Below are positions 12,620-25,675 of a stretch of DNA of 64,000 nt, one piece after another (positions within the stretch are counted from its first letter, which is position 1; each line of letters opens with the position of its first letter). The notes below the pieces were generated by a model. That model made no database searches. It worked only from the letters and a program-made list of their open reading frames with translations, and was not told where the DNA came from. Source of the DNA: Eledone cirrhosa (lineage: Eukaryota); contig OZ024750.1 of NCBI GenBank assembly GCA_964016885.1, positions 4,216,001 through 4,280,000 on the forward strand, in the 5' to 3' direction. A program made the position numbers and the translations under genes.

Positions 12620-12690
12620 TATTTATTCTATTATATATATTTCAAGGGTACCAACAGTTTTGGTACGCTATCATCAGATAAAATACAAAA
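12620..12690 (-). ncRNA. Minimal type I hammerhead ribozyme (C.C subfamily)
   Basis: Reverse strand: tattttat CUGAUGA tag-C-gtacca/tggtac-C-ctt GAAA UAUAUAUA atagaata; first pair of helix II is U.U. Confidence 0.75.
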
Positions 12691-12825
12691 TGTTTTATAA
12701 ATATTTGACATGACCAAGGATGATACACCTTAACGGTTCAAGTTATCCCCGGAAAGTGAAGGGAAGAGAGGAGAAAAGACAGATATTTAAAATTATTAAT
12801 ATGATTATGTATATATATATACAAC

Positions 12826-13150
12826 ACACACAAAAACAAGATGGCGTAGGAGAGAACAAAGGAGAGGCACAAAACAAAGAAAAGCATCCCCAGTCACTGA
12901 AGAGGTCACAGAATGTGTGACGAAAGAACTTTGACAATATATGAACAACCGTCCGGTTGTGGAACCAACCAACCAACGGGAAATTTATAAATTCTTAAAT
13001 TTATAAATTTAAATTATAATAAATTGGAGTGAAAGCAACTGGTGCGTGTGTTTCTTATTGACAACATGACCCTCCCAAAGTATAACAATATCGGTTTCAA
13101 CACACGATTTCAGATAAAGAATCTTGCTAAACAAATTCAGAAACGAAATA
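12826..13150 (+). mobile_element. TA-embedded non-coding element carrying a variant hammerhead
   Basis: Close inverted copy at 18170-18478; diverged partial copies near 1965-2020 and 51365-51400; ends in (TA)n. Confidence 0.7.
12893..12935 (+). ncRNA. Variant hammerhead motif
   Basis: gtca CUGAAGA G gtcaca-gaatg-tgtgac GAAA gaa CUU tgac; one extra G before helix II; CUU triplet. Confidence 0.55.
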
Positions 13151-14206
13151 TATTTATATATATATATATATATACACACCCATATAAATGTGTTTGTGTG
13201 TGTGTATATATATATATATCTTTGTATAGAGTAGGAAGGTAATCAAGTGACAATATATAGAGAGGATTGTATGTAAGGTGGTGGTGGTGGTGGTGGTGGT
13301 GTTGGTGCTGATGACTATGGTGGTGGTGGTGGTGCTGATGACTATGGTGGTGGTGTTGGTGCTGATGACTATGGTGGTGGTGGTGGTGCTGATGACTATG
13401 GTGGTGGTGGTGGGGTTGATGGTGTGTGTGTGTGTGTGAAAGAGAGAGGGAGGCTTGCTCTTAACTTATAACAACAAAGCTGTTGTGTTTTGTTAGTGTT
13501 TTCCCCTAGAACAATGGTTAACAATGGCTTGTTTGCTAGATATCATCATCATCATCATCACCATATCTATCTGTCTGTTGGTCTGTCTGTTAGTCTATCT
13601 ATCTCTTTGTTTATTTGTCTGTCTATCCTGTATCATTTGAGGCATTTGTCCTTGTGTTCATTAGATTTTATGTGTGAAATATTTACACATATTTCACATA
13701 TGAAATTGTAATATTTACACCTTTAGCAAGTTCACTTGTTCAAGTATCAGAGTCTGTAGGCCCATGCTAGCTTGCCCTCAAGCCCACTGGGTGTGATTAT
13801 CATGTAAATGACAAACACTAGGGAGGTTAGCGAAAAAGTCCTCTTGATCCTGATCCTTTTATTGGCAAGTTCTTTTACAGTTGAATGTCCTTCCTATTAT
13901 TAACAACATTACAGAGTGTACTGGGTGTATTTACTATGTAAATCACCAACACCAGGGAGGTTGTTAGGTTTTTAACACAGCTGAAGAGTTTTCCCAATTC
14001 TTTGTTTATTTATTTAAAAATTACAAACATTACTATTAGAAATATAATGAACCAGTGAGCCAAACTGGGGATATCCAATAACACTATTGTTCAGAAATGG
14101 CTGCAATAAAATAAAATTAGTAGCTTGCTATATCAAATGTACTACATCTGTCTGTAAAATTAGCCCAGCAATGAAATATATACTCCACTGCTTGTATTCA
14201 ATTTAA

Positions 14207-14427
14207 CCCTTTAGCATTTAAACCTGCAGTATCTGGTCAAAATTCTCTCACCTATTTCTGTTAAAACTGCATGTAACTGGCCACTCATACTGATGTTAAG
14301 GTGTTGTTCTCAAAATAACTAACATCAAAATCTCATAAATTCAATATTATGTGAGAAAATTATGTGAAATAAAGTGTTTACCGTGAAAATACAATAGTAA
14401 ATATAGAGTAATGTAAATGTTAAAGGG
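14207..14427 (-). mobile_element. piggyBac-type MITE, reverse orientation
   Basis: TTAA 14203-14206 and 14428-14431 with TIRs. Confidence 0.85.
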
Positions 14428-14622
14428 TTAATTTAACCTTTCCATATCAGATTTAAATAATTTTATAATATTGAAAGTGCATGACCTAATGTTTAGGGTG
14501 TTAGACTCATGATCATAAGGTAGTAGATTCAATTTCTGGACTGAACAGTACATTTTGGATTTTGAGCAAGACCTTTCACTTTATGTTGCTTTTCATAATA
14601 TTGGGGCTCCTACTATTAAAAC

Positions 14623-14755
14623 AGGCGGTGAATTGGTAGAGGCGTTAGAACGTCAGATAGAAAGCTTTATGGTATTTGTTCCAGCTCTCTGCTTTCTGAA
14701 TTCAAATCCTGCCGAGGTCAACTTTGCCTTTCATCCTTTCGAGGTCGATAAAAAA
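14623..14755 (+). mobile_element. SINE group A
   Basis: aattcaaatcctgccgaggtcaactttgcctttcatcctttcgaggtcgataaaa. Confidence 0.75.
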
Positions 14756-15665
14756 CAAAACAAAACAGAAACAGGTGAGAAAATTCTGGTAGGATAAGGC
14801 CAGTTTAAATGCTAAAGAGTTAAACCATTGTCTGTTTGTTGTTGTACAGCCATATTTTTCAGTGTGAATATCTCTAATGTCAAGCAGAACACATTCACAT
14901 TCTCTTGCTTTCATCTAGTAGCAGCTACTGCTTCAAACTGAAAATATGGACACCTATTGTCAGTTTACAGAAATCACTATGATTAGTTCATTCGCAACAG
15001 TTGGGAACCTTTACTTCTAAAACTCTATTTCATTTGAACCGTTTGAATTTTCTTTGTGACCGAGAGGAAGAAGACAGAAGCAGAATATTGGTTTGTTCTA
15101 TAAGTCTTAGTAAAGTTATGGAACACCACAATTTCATTGGTTTAATTGAAACAGATTTTGATCTCAATTCTTACCAATAAAAATAATAAAAATAACAAAA
15201 AAACAACAACAAAACAAAAAAAAAAAACAGGCTGTCATGTAATTAAAATGAAGTAGGTTAATATAGGTGGAGAAATGACAGAGTGATTAGAACATTGGAT
15301 AGAAAACCTGAGTCCTCCTCATGGGAAACTACGACAAAGAGAAAGACACAAGATAAACGTACAGCTATTGTAGCCATGATAAGAACAAATACACAATTCT
15401 GTACACATAAATCGATTGGGAAGAAGACATTTCTCTGTTATGAAATCCAAAGCTTAATGATTTTAATATTAAACTGAAGAAACTACAAGTCAGAGAGGAA
15501 ACTTCTACATAGTAATTCTACCTGCTAGAAATAGTAACCAAATCTTCCTTGAAGATGACACTGGGCTGGAGGCAGGGGAAATTCAGAGAGATATGCTAGA
15601 CAGGGTGAGCTGGAGGAGGTACATATATAGAAGTTGAACATTTTAAAATGAACATTTTTTTTGTA

Positions 15666-15843
15666 TTGGCAGTATTGGTAGAGTGTTGGACACCATGCCT
15701 TCTAGCATAGTTACGTCCCTTTACGGTCTTAGTTCAAATCCACCGAGGTTAACTTTGCCTTTCATCCTTATGAGGTCAATAAAATAAAGTACCAGTAATA
15801 CACTGGGCTAATTGCTGGGTTTGTGTCAAAAGTAGAAACAATT
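15666..15843 (+). mobile_element. SINE group A
   Basis: Matches 4996-5185. Confidence 0.8.
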
Positions 15844-16221
15844 ATATACAAAACTAATGACAGCTTCAGGCAAGTTGGTACCAAAAGGGTTGAAGAATTT
15901 ATAGTTTAGGACAAGGCCTTCCAGCTGCCAACATTACTTTGAGGCTTTATTATATTACAAATAACTTAAGTTTCAATACAATGTATTGAACTGGTTTATT
16001 GATCAGCAATTAGACAGGGGAAAAAAATGAGACCAGATGATCCATACGACAGAGAACACTTGTATTTATAATCAGTTAATCAGTATATCCAAGTAAATAC
16101 TGTTGTTGTTACATGGACACAACATAGAAACCTAGTTCAGCAGATGTTTCTCAAGATCTTTTCTTTTGACAGCAGAAAAATGTCCAGTAAAAGATAGCAT
16201 ACGTTGCAAGCATAAGAAATG

Positions 16222-16970
16222 TTGAGCTCACAATTGTAAGGTTGTGAGTGGGAATACTCGACCGTGCAATGCGTTGTGTTCTTGAGCAAGACCCTTTATT
16301 TCACATTCCTCCAGTTCACTCAGCTGTAGAAATGAGTTGTAATATCACTGGTGCCAAGCTGTATCAGCCATAGCCTTTCCCTTGCACAACATCATATATA
16401 ATGTATATATAGTGTATATCTAGTGTATATAGAGAGTGTATATAGTTTATATAGTGTATGTATAATGTCTATATATGAGTTGTGACGCCACTGGTGTCAA
16501 GCTGTATCAGCCATAGCCTTTCCCTTGCACAACACCATATATAGTGTATATATATATAGTGTATATATAGTGTATATATAGTGTATATATAGTGTATATA
16601 GAGAGTGTATATATAGTGTATATATAGAGTGTATATCTAGTGTATATATAGTGTATATATAGAGTGTATATCTAGTGTATATAGAGAGTGTATATATAGT
16701 GTATATATAGAGTGTATATCTAGTGTATATAGAGAGTGTATATAGTGTATATAGTGTATGTATAATGTCTATATATGAGTTGTGACGCCACTGGTGTTAA
16801 GCTGTATCGGTCATTGCCTTTCCCTTGGACAACATCAGTGGTAGCGTGGAGGAAGGGAGACTGGTATATACGGGTGACCACTGGTCTTCCACAAACACAC
16901 CTTGCCCACGCTTTTGCCACGGAGGGGAACTTTCTAGGTGCGAAACCCATCTACCGTCAATCCTGACTGA
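16222..16970 (+). mobile_element. SINE group B with triplicated internal block and (TATATAGTG)n expansions
   Basis: atgagttgt..cactggtg..aagctgtatc..cctttcccttg occurs three times, near 16332, 16475 and 16775. Confidence 0.75.
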
Positions 16971-17763
16971 AGCGAGCTTATGATACATATTCCAATACTT
17001 CACCTTAGAATTAATGTAAATTAGAAACATCCACCCAGAATATTCTGCCCCTCCCTCCTCATGAGGACCAAAGCCTGGTGAGGTGATGGGTTTCATTGAT
17101 CAACACTGCTTGCTTATTTATGTCATGTTAAAAGTTAGTAAGTTAAGTTAAACTGGTTTATTTATCGTACAGGTGGAATAATGAAAAAGTAAGGTGATAC
17201 TAAAATAAATAATAAAAAAAACAAACCCCATCAGGTGATCCACATCTACCTGTACCATGTGAAAATATTAAGTTAAACTAGTGTTGCACATTTATTTAAA
17301 GCTATCATGTGAAGATTTTTCAATTTGAACACTTTCAAAATAACTTGAGAACATTTTTATTTTTATTATTTTATTTTTTTTTTTCAGTGGCTGGGAGGGA
17401 CTGGGAGAAGAGAGGGGTGGGGTATGGGTTAATAAGATAGTATCAGTATTTCTAAGAATCTCACCTCACCCAGATATCTTCTGACATTCTGTCACAATAG
17501 CAAGATTTTAAAGATACCTATGAATTTGCATACATTAGAGAACTTAACTATTGGCTGTTGCTAAACTGGTGACTTGTAATAATTGTATCCTTTTATAATG
17601 AGATCAAGGTAAGCCTCGCTGAACATGATTTGAAGCGGTAAATATTAGTTTTTAAAAGTGTGACAGGTGTAGAAAGACATTTATTTTGGTTTTTAATTTA
17701 TGTTTTATATGTCAATGTGTGTGTGTGTGTGTGTTTTAGAAGAGCAAATAAGTTATAGATAAT

Positions 17764-17974
17764 ATTTAAACCAGCCATATCCGGCCAGAATTCTCTCACC
17801 TTTTCTGTTCAAACCAGCTGTAACTGGCCACTCATACTGATGTTAAGATATTGTTCTCAAAATAAATAATATCGAAATCTCATAGATTTGATATCATGTG
17901 AGATAATTATGTAAGATAAAGCCTTTACCACAAAAATACACTAGTATATATAGAGTAGTGTAAATGCTAAAGGG
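17764..17974 (-). mobile_element. piggyBac-type MITE with one TIR mostly lost
   Basis: Internal sequence matches the family; ends TAAATGCTAAAGGG-TTAA. Confidence 0.8.
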
Positions 17975-18138
17975 TTAAACCAGCCTTGATAACTGGGTCT
18001 AGTATTTTTACTTTACACCACTGATATCTTATGTCAGGCACAAGATAAACTTAACTGACATGAATTATATATAAATACTCTTGATTATCTTTCAAAACTT
18101 CCTTTCAGACAAAAACTCCTACCCTCACTTTTTTTTTG

Positions 18139-18169
<31 letters not shown>

Positions 18170-18171
<2 letters not shown>

Positions 18172-18640
18172 TTCGTTTCTGAATTTGTTTAGCAAGATTC
18201 TTTATCTGAAAACGTGTGTTGAAACCGATATTGTTATACTTTGGGAGGGTCATGTTGCCAATAAGAAACACACGCACCAGTTGCTTTCACTTCAATTTAT
18301 TATAATAAATTTATAAATTTCCGGTTGGTTGGTTGGTTCCACAACCAGATGATTGTTTATATATTGTCAAAGTTCTTTCGTCACACATTCTGTGACCTCT
18401 TCAGTGTCTGGGGATTCTTTTCTTTGTTTTTGTGCCTCTCCTTTGTTCTGTCCTACGCCATCTTGTTTTTGTGTGTGTGTTGTGTGCTTAGTTTGCGCAT
18501 GTGTTACATCCGGGTGTCTGTGTGTATTTATATTCGTTTATTTATTTGTTTATTTACATGTTACTGGTTGGTTGTTTGTTCTATGTGCGTGTGTGTTTTC
18601 ATTTTGTTCTTAATTGTAAGTTGTAATGTTGCTGTTGTTA
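18170..18640 (-). mobile_element. Second, longer copy of the 12826-13150 element, with variant hammerhead at 18366-18408
   Basis: Reverse-complement similarity; bounded by (TA)n on both sides. Confidence 0.7.
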
Positions 18641-18676
18641 TATATATATATATATATATATATACAAAAAAACAAG

Positions 18677-18835
18677 TGAGGGTAGGAATTCTCAGACCGG
18701 GTGATGTGTTGTTTCCTTGAGCAAGACACTTTATTTCACATTGCTCCAGTTTACTCAGCTGTAGAAATGAGGTGATAGGGACTGGGGTCCCTATCATTCC
18801 ACTGCAAAGTGGTCGTGGAGGTGCCACGGCAAAAA
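18677..18835 (+). mobile_element. SINE group B, 5'-truncated
   Basis: ccttgagcaagacactttatttcacattgctccagtttactcagctgtagaaatgag. Confidence 0.8.
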
Positions 18836-19055
18836 ATGATGATGATGATGATGATATCATTATCATCATCATCGTTTAACGTCTATCTTCCGCACTAGCA
18901 TGGGTTAGATGGGAATTGTCCCACTTGAGGCAAGATTCATCGGGTGACCGTATCTCGCTCATATAGGACTGTATCTGGCAGGTTTTCTACAGCTGGATGC
19001 CCTTCCCAACACCAAATATATATATAGATGTTAAACAATGATGATGATGATGATA

Positions 19056-19361
19056 TGGTGCCATGATATGATAAAAAGCACCCAGTCCACACTGTAAAAG
19101 TGGTTCACTTTAGGAAGAGCAACCAGCTGTAGAAACCAAGCCAGAAAAAGTTCTGTAACCCTAGAAAGAAACCCAAACAGACCATGACATTTCTTTATGG
19201 CTTAAATGAGGAAAGATGGCACAGTAATCTGACCTTGTCTCACAATAGGACAACTTTCTGGGGTTACAGAACTGTTTCTGGGTTGGTTTCTACAGCTAGT
19301 TGCTCTTCCTAAAGTCAACCACTTTTACAGTGTGGACTGGGTGCTTTTTATCATGGCACCA
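19056..19361. repeat. Inverted repeat of SINE-body sequence with arms of about 105 bp
   Basis: 19056-19168 is the reverse complement of 19254-19361 with few mismatches. Confidence 0.85.
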
Positions 19362-19377
19362 AATATATTCATATATA

Positions 19378-19735
19378 TAGGAAAAGAGTCAGGACCCCGA
19401 TGGCTGAGCTCTGACCGTTTCGACAGCTAGATCTGAATTACCCTAAGTATTGAGTACTCTGGTGCGTTATGGTCCACCTGGTATCTTACCACACTTTCTT
19501 TGTTACCAGTTCCTGTACACAGCTAAGTATTCTATAAGTCTCTAGCTGTGTCATTCTCGATAAAAGCACTGGATATGTAGTCCTGATGAATTCTAACAAG
19601 AATGAAACGCGTAGATTACTTCCCTTGCTTTTATCGAGAATCTAATTGTAATACGTGACGTATTCTATTCTATAGCGATTAGGTCTTCAAAATGTTTATT
19701 ATAAACATACAGAATATTTTCGAATATTCTATGTC
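19378..19735 (+). mobile_element. Longest family E copy: Penelope pLTR/retrozyme-like element in (TA)n
   Basis: TTGAGTAC at 19450, hairpin 19517-19551, intact hammerhead 19553-19641, TA-rich flanks. Confidence 0.7.
19553..19641 (+). ncRNA. Type I hammerhead ribozyme with intact core
   Basis: Helix I gtagtc/gattac extended by attctcgataaaagca/tgcttttatcgagaat; CUGAUGA 19583-19589; helix II attct/agaat; GAAA 19604-19607; palindromic ACGCGU helix III; GUA triplet 19611-19613. Confidence 0.9.
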
Positions 19736-19777
<42 letters not shown>

Positions 19778-20265
19778 ATATATATATGTGTAAGTGTGTA
19801 ATATGTAGATTCCTGAGTTGTGTTGGGGGGATAACTACAATTAAAAAAGGTACTCAATACACTTGATTGTGAATATAGTCGGAGTTAGTTATGGAGTTAC
19901 ATTACACCAATACAGCATTATGTACTTTATCTGTGGATAAATAATAAAATTGATTATGGATTATAATTAGAAATATAATCCATCGCCTAGTTTAACAATG
20001 CTGTCTATATCTTGAGTGCTTCTAGCAGTGTCCTCTCTGTTGCAAACACTTAGATCAATGCTATGATCTGAAGGACAACCCATGTGTCATGGTTTATTCC
20101 ACTCTTCCCCTTACCAGTCTCAGAAGCCTTACAAAAGAGTTGCAGGTGCCACCTTTCCTTAAGTCATAAAGAAATGTCATGATTTGTTACGGTTTCTTTC
20201 TGGGGTTACAGAACATAAACAACCAAGGAATTTAGTTGTCCTTTTTCATATTTGCTATGAATAGA

Positions 20266-20490
20266 GAAAGGGACAGTACCATAGCCTTCACGGGCCCTTT
20301 GAGATTGGAGAGGCGAAAGGGAGTCCCATAGCCTTCACAGGCCCTTTGAGATTGGAGAGGAGAAAGGGACAGTCCCATAGCTTTCATGGGCCCTTTCAGA
20401 CTGGAGTAGAGAAAGGTTAGTCCCAGAGCGTTCATAGGCCCTTTGAGACTGGAAAGGAGAAAGGGACAGTCCCAAAACCTTCAGAGGCCA
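20266..20490. repeat. About 49-bp minisatellite, about 4.5 copies
   Basis: gaaagggacagtcccatagccttcacaggccctttgagattggagagga. Confidence 0.9.
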
Positions 20491-20582
20491 TGGGACTTTG
20501 GAAAAACTGATATTGCTGATATTTTATTGAAGCTATTACTAGTTGACCTCTGTAAGAAAGACACGATCATAACGATACCCAA

Positions 20583-20775
20583 TTTAGGCACAAGGCCAGT
20601 AATTTGGGGAACGTGAAATTCAATAATATCAACCCCAGTACTTGACTGGTGCTTTATTTTATCAACCCCAGAAGGATGAAAAGTTGATCTCAGAAGGATT
20701 TGAACTCAGAATGTAAAGAACTAAAACAAATGCTGCAAAGCATTTTGTCTGACACCCTATTGATTCTGCCAATGC
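20583..20775 (-). mobile_element. SINE group A, CpG-decayed
   Basis: Matches 4335-4540. Confidence 0.75.
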
Positions 20776-21569
20776 ATTGTTGGCCTTAAAAAAAACATCA
20801 ACTTAATAATGAGAATGTTAGTGATATTAACAATTCCCTCCAAATTATTGATTATGTTCAAAATGATTCAGAAATTATGAAGTGTCTTTCATTACAAATA
20901 TGTTAATGAAAGGGCTAAATTAATCAGAGAGTTAATGTATTTTACTTCAAACGTAACATCTATAAATAAATCAGACAAGTTGACTGAGACAAGATTATCA
21001 TATAAGCAGATCTATTTTAAGAAATCTCACCTTCACCTTCATCATCATAAATGTTTAATGTTTATTTTACATGCTTACATGGGTTAGACAAGTTGTCACG
21101 TACTGAGGTTTGACTACTCAGGTGAGCACATCTTGTTTCTACACTCTGTTTTATGTTTGGTTTCTATGACTGGATGTCCTTCCTAATGCCAATCACTTTA
21201 CAGCATCTACTGAGAGAATTTTTATCATGGCTCCACCACTACCATCTTATAGGGTAGACTTGGTTCTTTTTGTCATGGCACCAGCAGTACCACTTTACAG
21301 GACGCACTGGGTTCTTTTTATTGTGACACTAGGACAAACACCTTACATGGTGGATTAAGAGATTTTTATTGTGGCACCAGCAATACCATTTTACAGGATG
21401 GACGGGATATATATATATATATAATCCAATCCAATCCAGGGCCTTCTCCCTCCTGTTAGAGGAGCTCCTCCCTCGTTGACCTCCACCACTTCCTGTTTGG
21501 TTTTGGTTATGTTAGGGGTGTAATCGTACTCACCATGCATAGCCAACTGCGGATTGGTGAGGCTTTTTA

Positions 21570-21710
21570 GGAAGACCACAAAAAACATGGGCAGAGGTGG
21601 TGAGAACTCACAGAGGAGATGAAAAAGGATTGTGATGAATGAAGAGATGCTGTGCTGAAAAGGACCCGTCCCACCCTTGCAAGCAAGGAAAAGAGGACGT
21701 AAGATGATGA
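21570..21710 (+). mobile_element. RTE LINE 3' end
   Basis: GRPQKTWAEVVR / TEEMKKDCDE*RDAVLKRTRPTLAS, followed by cccacccttgcaagcaaggaaaagaggacgtaa(gat)n. Confidence 0.75.
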
Positions 21711-21818
21711 TATATATATCAGTAATATACACAAGACCAAAATGGTTCATACAACTCAAACTGAATTGTATTTAATCTTCTGAGTAGTTTATTGTGATAA
21801 ATCTAATATATATATATA

Positions 21819-22180
21819 TGGCTTAGTGGTTAGAGCATTGGCCTTGCAATCGAAAGGTTGTGAGTCCAATTCTCAGACCGGGCGATGTGTTGTTTCCTTG
21901 AGCAAGACACTTTATTTCACATTGCTCCAGTTTACTCAGCTTTAGAAATGAGATGCTAGGACTGGGTTAATATCATTCCACTGCAAAGTGGTTGTGTAGG
22001 TGCCACGGCAAAAAAGCACCCAGCCCACACTGTAAAGTGGACGTGTAGGTGCCATGGAAAAAAAGCAGCCAGCACTCACTGTAAATGAGGTTGGTGTTAG
22101 GAAGGGCATCCAGCTGTAGAAATCAAGCCAGAATCAGTTCCTGTCACACCCTTGCAAGCAGGGAAAAGCGGACGTAAATT
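21819..22180 (+). mobile_element. Near full-length SINE group B with RTE-type tail
   Basis: A/B boxes, central block, internal repeat of about 44 bp, tail cccttgcaagcagggaaaagcggacgt. Confidence 0.85.
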
Positions 22181-22570
22181 GAAAAAAAAAATATCATCAT
22201 CATTTTATATCTATCTTCCATGCTAGCATGGGTTAGATGGGAATTGTCCCACTTGAGGCAAGATTAGTTGGGTGACTGTGTCTCGCTTGTATAGGACTGT
22301 CTGGCAGGTTTTATATGGCTGGATGCCCTTAAACACTTTGAAGAATGCCTGAAACTGTTCTGTTGCTTAAAGCCAAATTCTATCAGCTTAAAACCAAATT
22401 AGAAATCTCCTTTTCGGGAAGATTTCCATATTAGTCCAGATCAATAAATCATAAGTTATTCAATGAAATATATCAGAATATAAAGGTTTGTTTTTGTTTC
22501 AATATGTTGTTTTATATTCATTTATAATGTGTGTATGACATATATATATATGTATATGTGTGCGTGTGTG

Positions 22571-22616
<46 letters not shown>

Positions 22617-23176
22617 TAAAGCTGAGGATTAAGTAGTTTATTGCCAAGTAAGCTAAACTAGTTTAAAAGTGAAGATTAGTGAAAAATAAGAGGAGGCGAC
22701 TATACTTTAAAGTGTAAGATTTTCAGGAGATGAATGGGGCCACAATGACTGAGTAAAAAGGATGTTTGTTGGTATTTGACCTATTGCCTTATCGGTCATG
22801 AACTCATCTAACCTCCCCCACACCCAGCTGTTCTTCTGTATCCTTAGGCAAGAGATTTAACACTATTTGGCACAGAATCTCCTTGATGCTGGTGAATACA
22901 AAAAAGACTATTTAACTGAGTGAAGTGGGTCAGAGGAGGGAATAATGTCATGTTTTAGAGTTTTAATTCATCCTATGTGTATAATAGGAGTCAGGGACCG
23001 ACCTGCAGCTTTTTGGCCTATTTTGAATAGCTCTTTTTTAAATTTTCTTTTCTTTATTTGTTTGTATTAAAATATAAATCACAACATTTGAACTGGACAT
23101 TGAAACATGGATTGGCAGTAAAGATAGTGTCAGTCAATATGCAACAATCCCGAAAAGGGTTAAGGGACCATGATGA

Positions 23177-23210
<34 letters not shown>

Positions 23211-23961
23211 GGTGGTGGTGGTGGTTATGTTTGGATGTCTTACTCAGTGCTCTACAGTGTGGACTGGGTGCTTTTTTGTTGTGACACCTACACGACCACT
23301 TTACAGTGTGTACTGGGTGCTTTTTGTCATATCACCTACATGACCACTTTACAGTAGGAGAAGTGTGGGAGGCATACTGTCTATATGCTTCAGCTTCGAC
23401 TAGGGAGCATAGAGGACAAAGACAATGGAAAAACAAACAAAGCAATATATTGATAAAAACACAAATTAAGTGTGTCCTACCAGTTTTCCCACCATACAAG
23501 GTACTTAGCAATGTTTCAAGAATGAAGACATTCACACAAGTATTATGGTGCTTTAAATGATCTGAAAAGTCTTTCCCACACAGAAAGCTGCGTAATAACT
23601 AACAATTATTATAACGTTTGTTGGACTTTTATCTCTCTATATCACACTTGCACTCAATCACCCTTTCGCTTGCATGTGTGTATGTAGTTGTGCTCTGTTC
23701 ATGTCTATTGCACTTATGTCCTTTACAACACAGACAGACAACAGTGTGTGTATATATATATATGTGTGTGTGTGTATATATATATATGTATATATATATG
23801 TGTGTGTGTGTGTGTATATATTTATTGTTAATATTACACTCTACTTATGAAGGAAACCGACCAAAGTATAACCATGTACTATACTATACTTAAACTGACC
23901 CACCTACCAAGTGAGTGCTCGAGTTGGTGAACCAATAATAACAAGGTTACAACACATTAAG

Positions 23962-24007
<46 letters not shown>

Positions 24008-24070
24008 CCATTTTGAATTGATCGCATGTGATCTCTTTTATGAGTATGTCACATTTTATACATCTAATAT

Positions 24071-24134
24071 TGTATTTTGTCTGAAGAAGGCATACTATAA
24101 CTTAGAATCCTTGAAATATATATAACAAAATAAA
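24071..24134 (+). ncRNA. Minimal type I hammerhead ribozyme (C.C subfamily)
   Basis: tattttgt CUGAAGA (24081-24087) agg-C-at..cta/tag..at-C-ctt GAAA (24113-24116) UAUAUAUA acaaaata. Confidence 0.75.
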
Positions 24135-24204
24135 TTATGATGCTATAGTGATATATTTTCCCTTTATTACTATTATATATATATATATATAAATATATAT
24201 ATAT

Positions 24205-24395
24205 GAACAAGTATGACCCCGACGGCAGAGCTCAAGCCGTTTCGACGGCTAATTCTGAGTCCAGAATTAGCCATTGAAACGGCTTGAGCTCTGCTGTCGG
24301 GGTCATACTTGTTCCTATTACCCACTCTACTACCCTAAGTATTGAGTACTTGGTGCGTTATGGTCCATCTGGTTCCTTACCACATTTCCTTCGTT
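24205..24395 (+). mobile_element. Family E fragment with 110-bp fold-back
   Basis: Palindrome 24205-24314, then taagtattgagtacttggtgcgttatggtcc; (TA)n flanks. Confidence 0.75.
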
Positions 24396-24435
24396 ATATA
24401 TATATATATTTATATATATAGCCTATAAACTTTTC

Positions 24436-24755
24436 AGCCAGCCCTCGTATATTGTAGTGATGCTAGAGTTGTGAAATCTTGCATGCATTAATTTCAAGTC
24501 AACGCATTGTTTCTTTCCATGGACTATGTTGAAAAACTAAACTTCATTTGGTTATTCAATGAAAGTATCATGGTCAGCTTATGAAATATACAGCTGAGCC
24601 TGGTATATTGTAGTGATGCCAGAGCTGTGAAATCTTGCATACTTTAATTTCAACTCTTCTTATTAATAACTGAATTGTTTCTTTCTAGGGACTATGTTGA
24701 AAAAAAAAAACCTCATTCGGTCATTCCATGAGAGTATCTTGGTCAGCTTTTGAAC
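24436..24755. repeat. Diverged direct tandem duplication of about 155 bp
   Basis: gtatattgtagtgatgc.agag.tgtgaaatcttgcat ... ggactatgttgaaaaa ... ggtcagctt occurs twice. Confidence 0.85.
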
Positions 24756-25159
24756 ATTCCTGCCAACACTTGTACATGAATTGGTACCAAATGTAATTGA
24801 GATATGAATAATTGGTCAATTTCCAATTTAAAATTTCTACCATTAACCAATAATTCTAACACTTTAATACTATATGTTCATATTGGAAATCTGTATATCT
24901 ATTGTGCCACAGTTCCACAGTGCTGGTCACACATGAAACACATTGCATTTGAATAGCATTTCTATAGAAAGGAAGCTATGATAGAGGAGGGGGATTTAAA
25001 AAGGATTTTGATGAGGATAATGATGATAAAGAAGGAAATATATTTAAATTATATTAAAATTAACTTTTGAAAAATAAATCTAAAACAGTTTTTAAAGAAA
25101 ATATCTGATTGAAGTAGATATTCATACATCTAGCAAAAAGAACATTAAACAAAACCGAA

Positions 25160-25170
25160 ATTTATTTTCT

Positions 25171-25207
<37 letters not shown>

Positions 25208-25368
25208 TATACATAAATATATATATATTTGTATATATGTGTGTATGCATGTATAAGTGTGTGTGTGTGTGCACATATATATATATATATATATACATAC
25301 AAATATATATACACACATATATATATATATATGCATATGTATGTGTGTGTGAATGCATATTTTTGCAT

Positions 25369-25411
<43 letters not shown>

Positions 25412-25642
25412 TGTATGTATGTATACATGTGTGTATGCATATATATATATATATATACATTATATATATATATATATATATATGTGTAGAGTTTCTTTTT
25501 TCTATAGTAAACTATTGTAAACTTCCATAATATTATTTTTTCTTCTTTAAGGTGTTTGAAAGGACTGCTAATGAAGACATAACAAAGAGATATATAAAAG
25601 TCACCCATAAAGGAACTAAAAGGGAAAAACAATGAAGAGAAA

Positions 25643-25675
<33 letters not shown>

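Noticed and set aside
17170-17252. TA-flanked CAGGTGGA...TCTACCTG mini-element, and a similar mariner-like remnant at 10056-10137
   Set aside because: The inverted ends are too short or degenerate, and there is no second copy in the window
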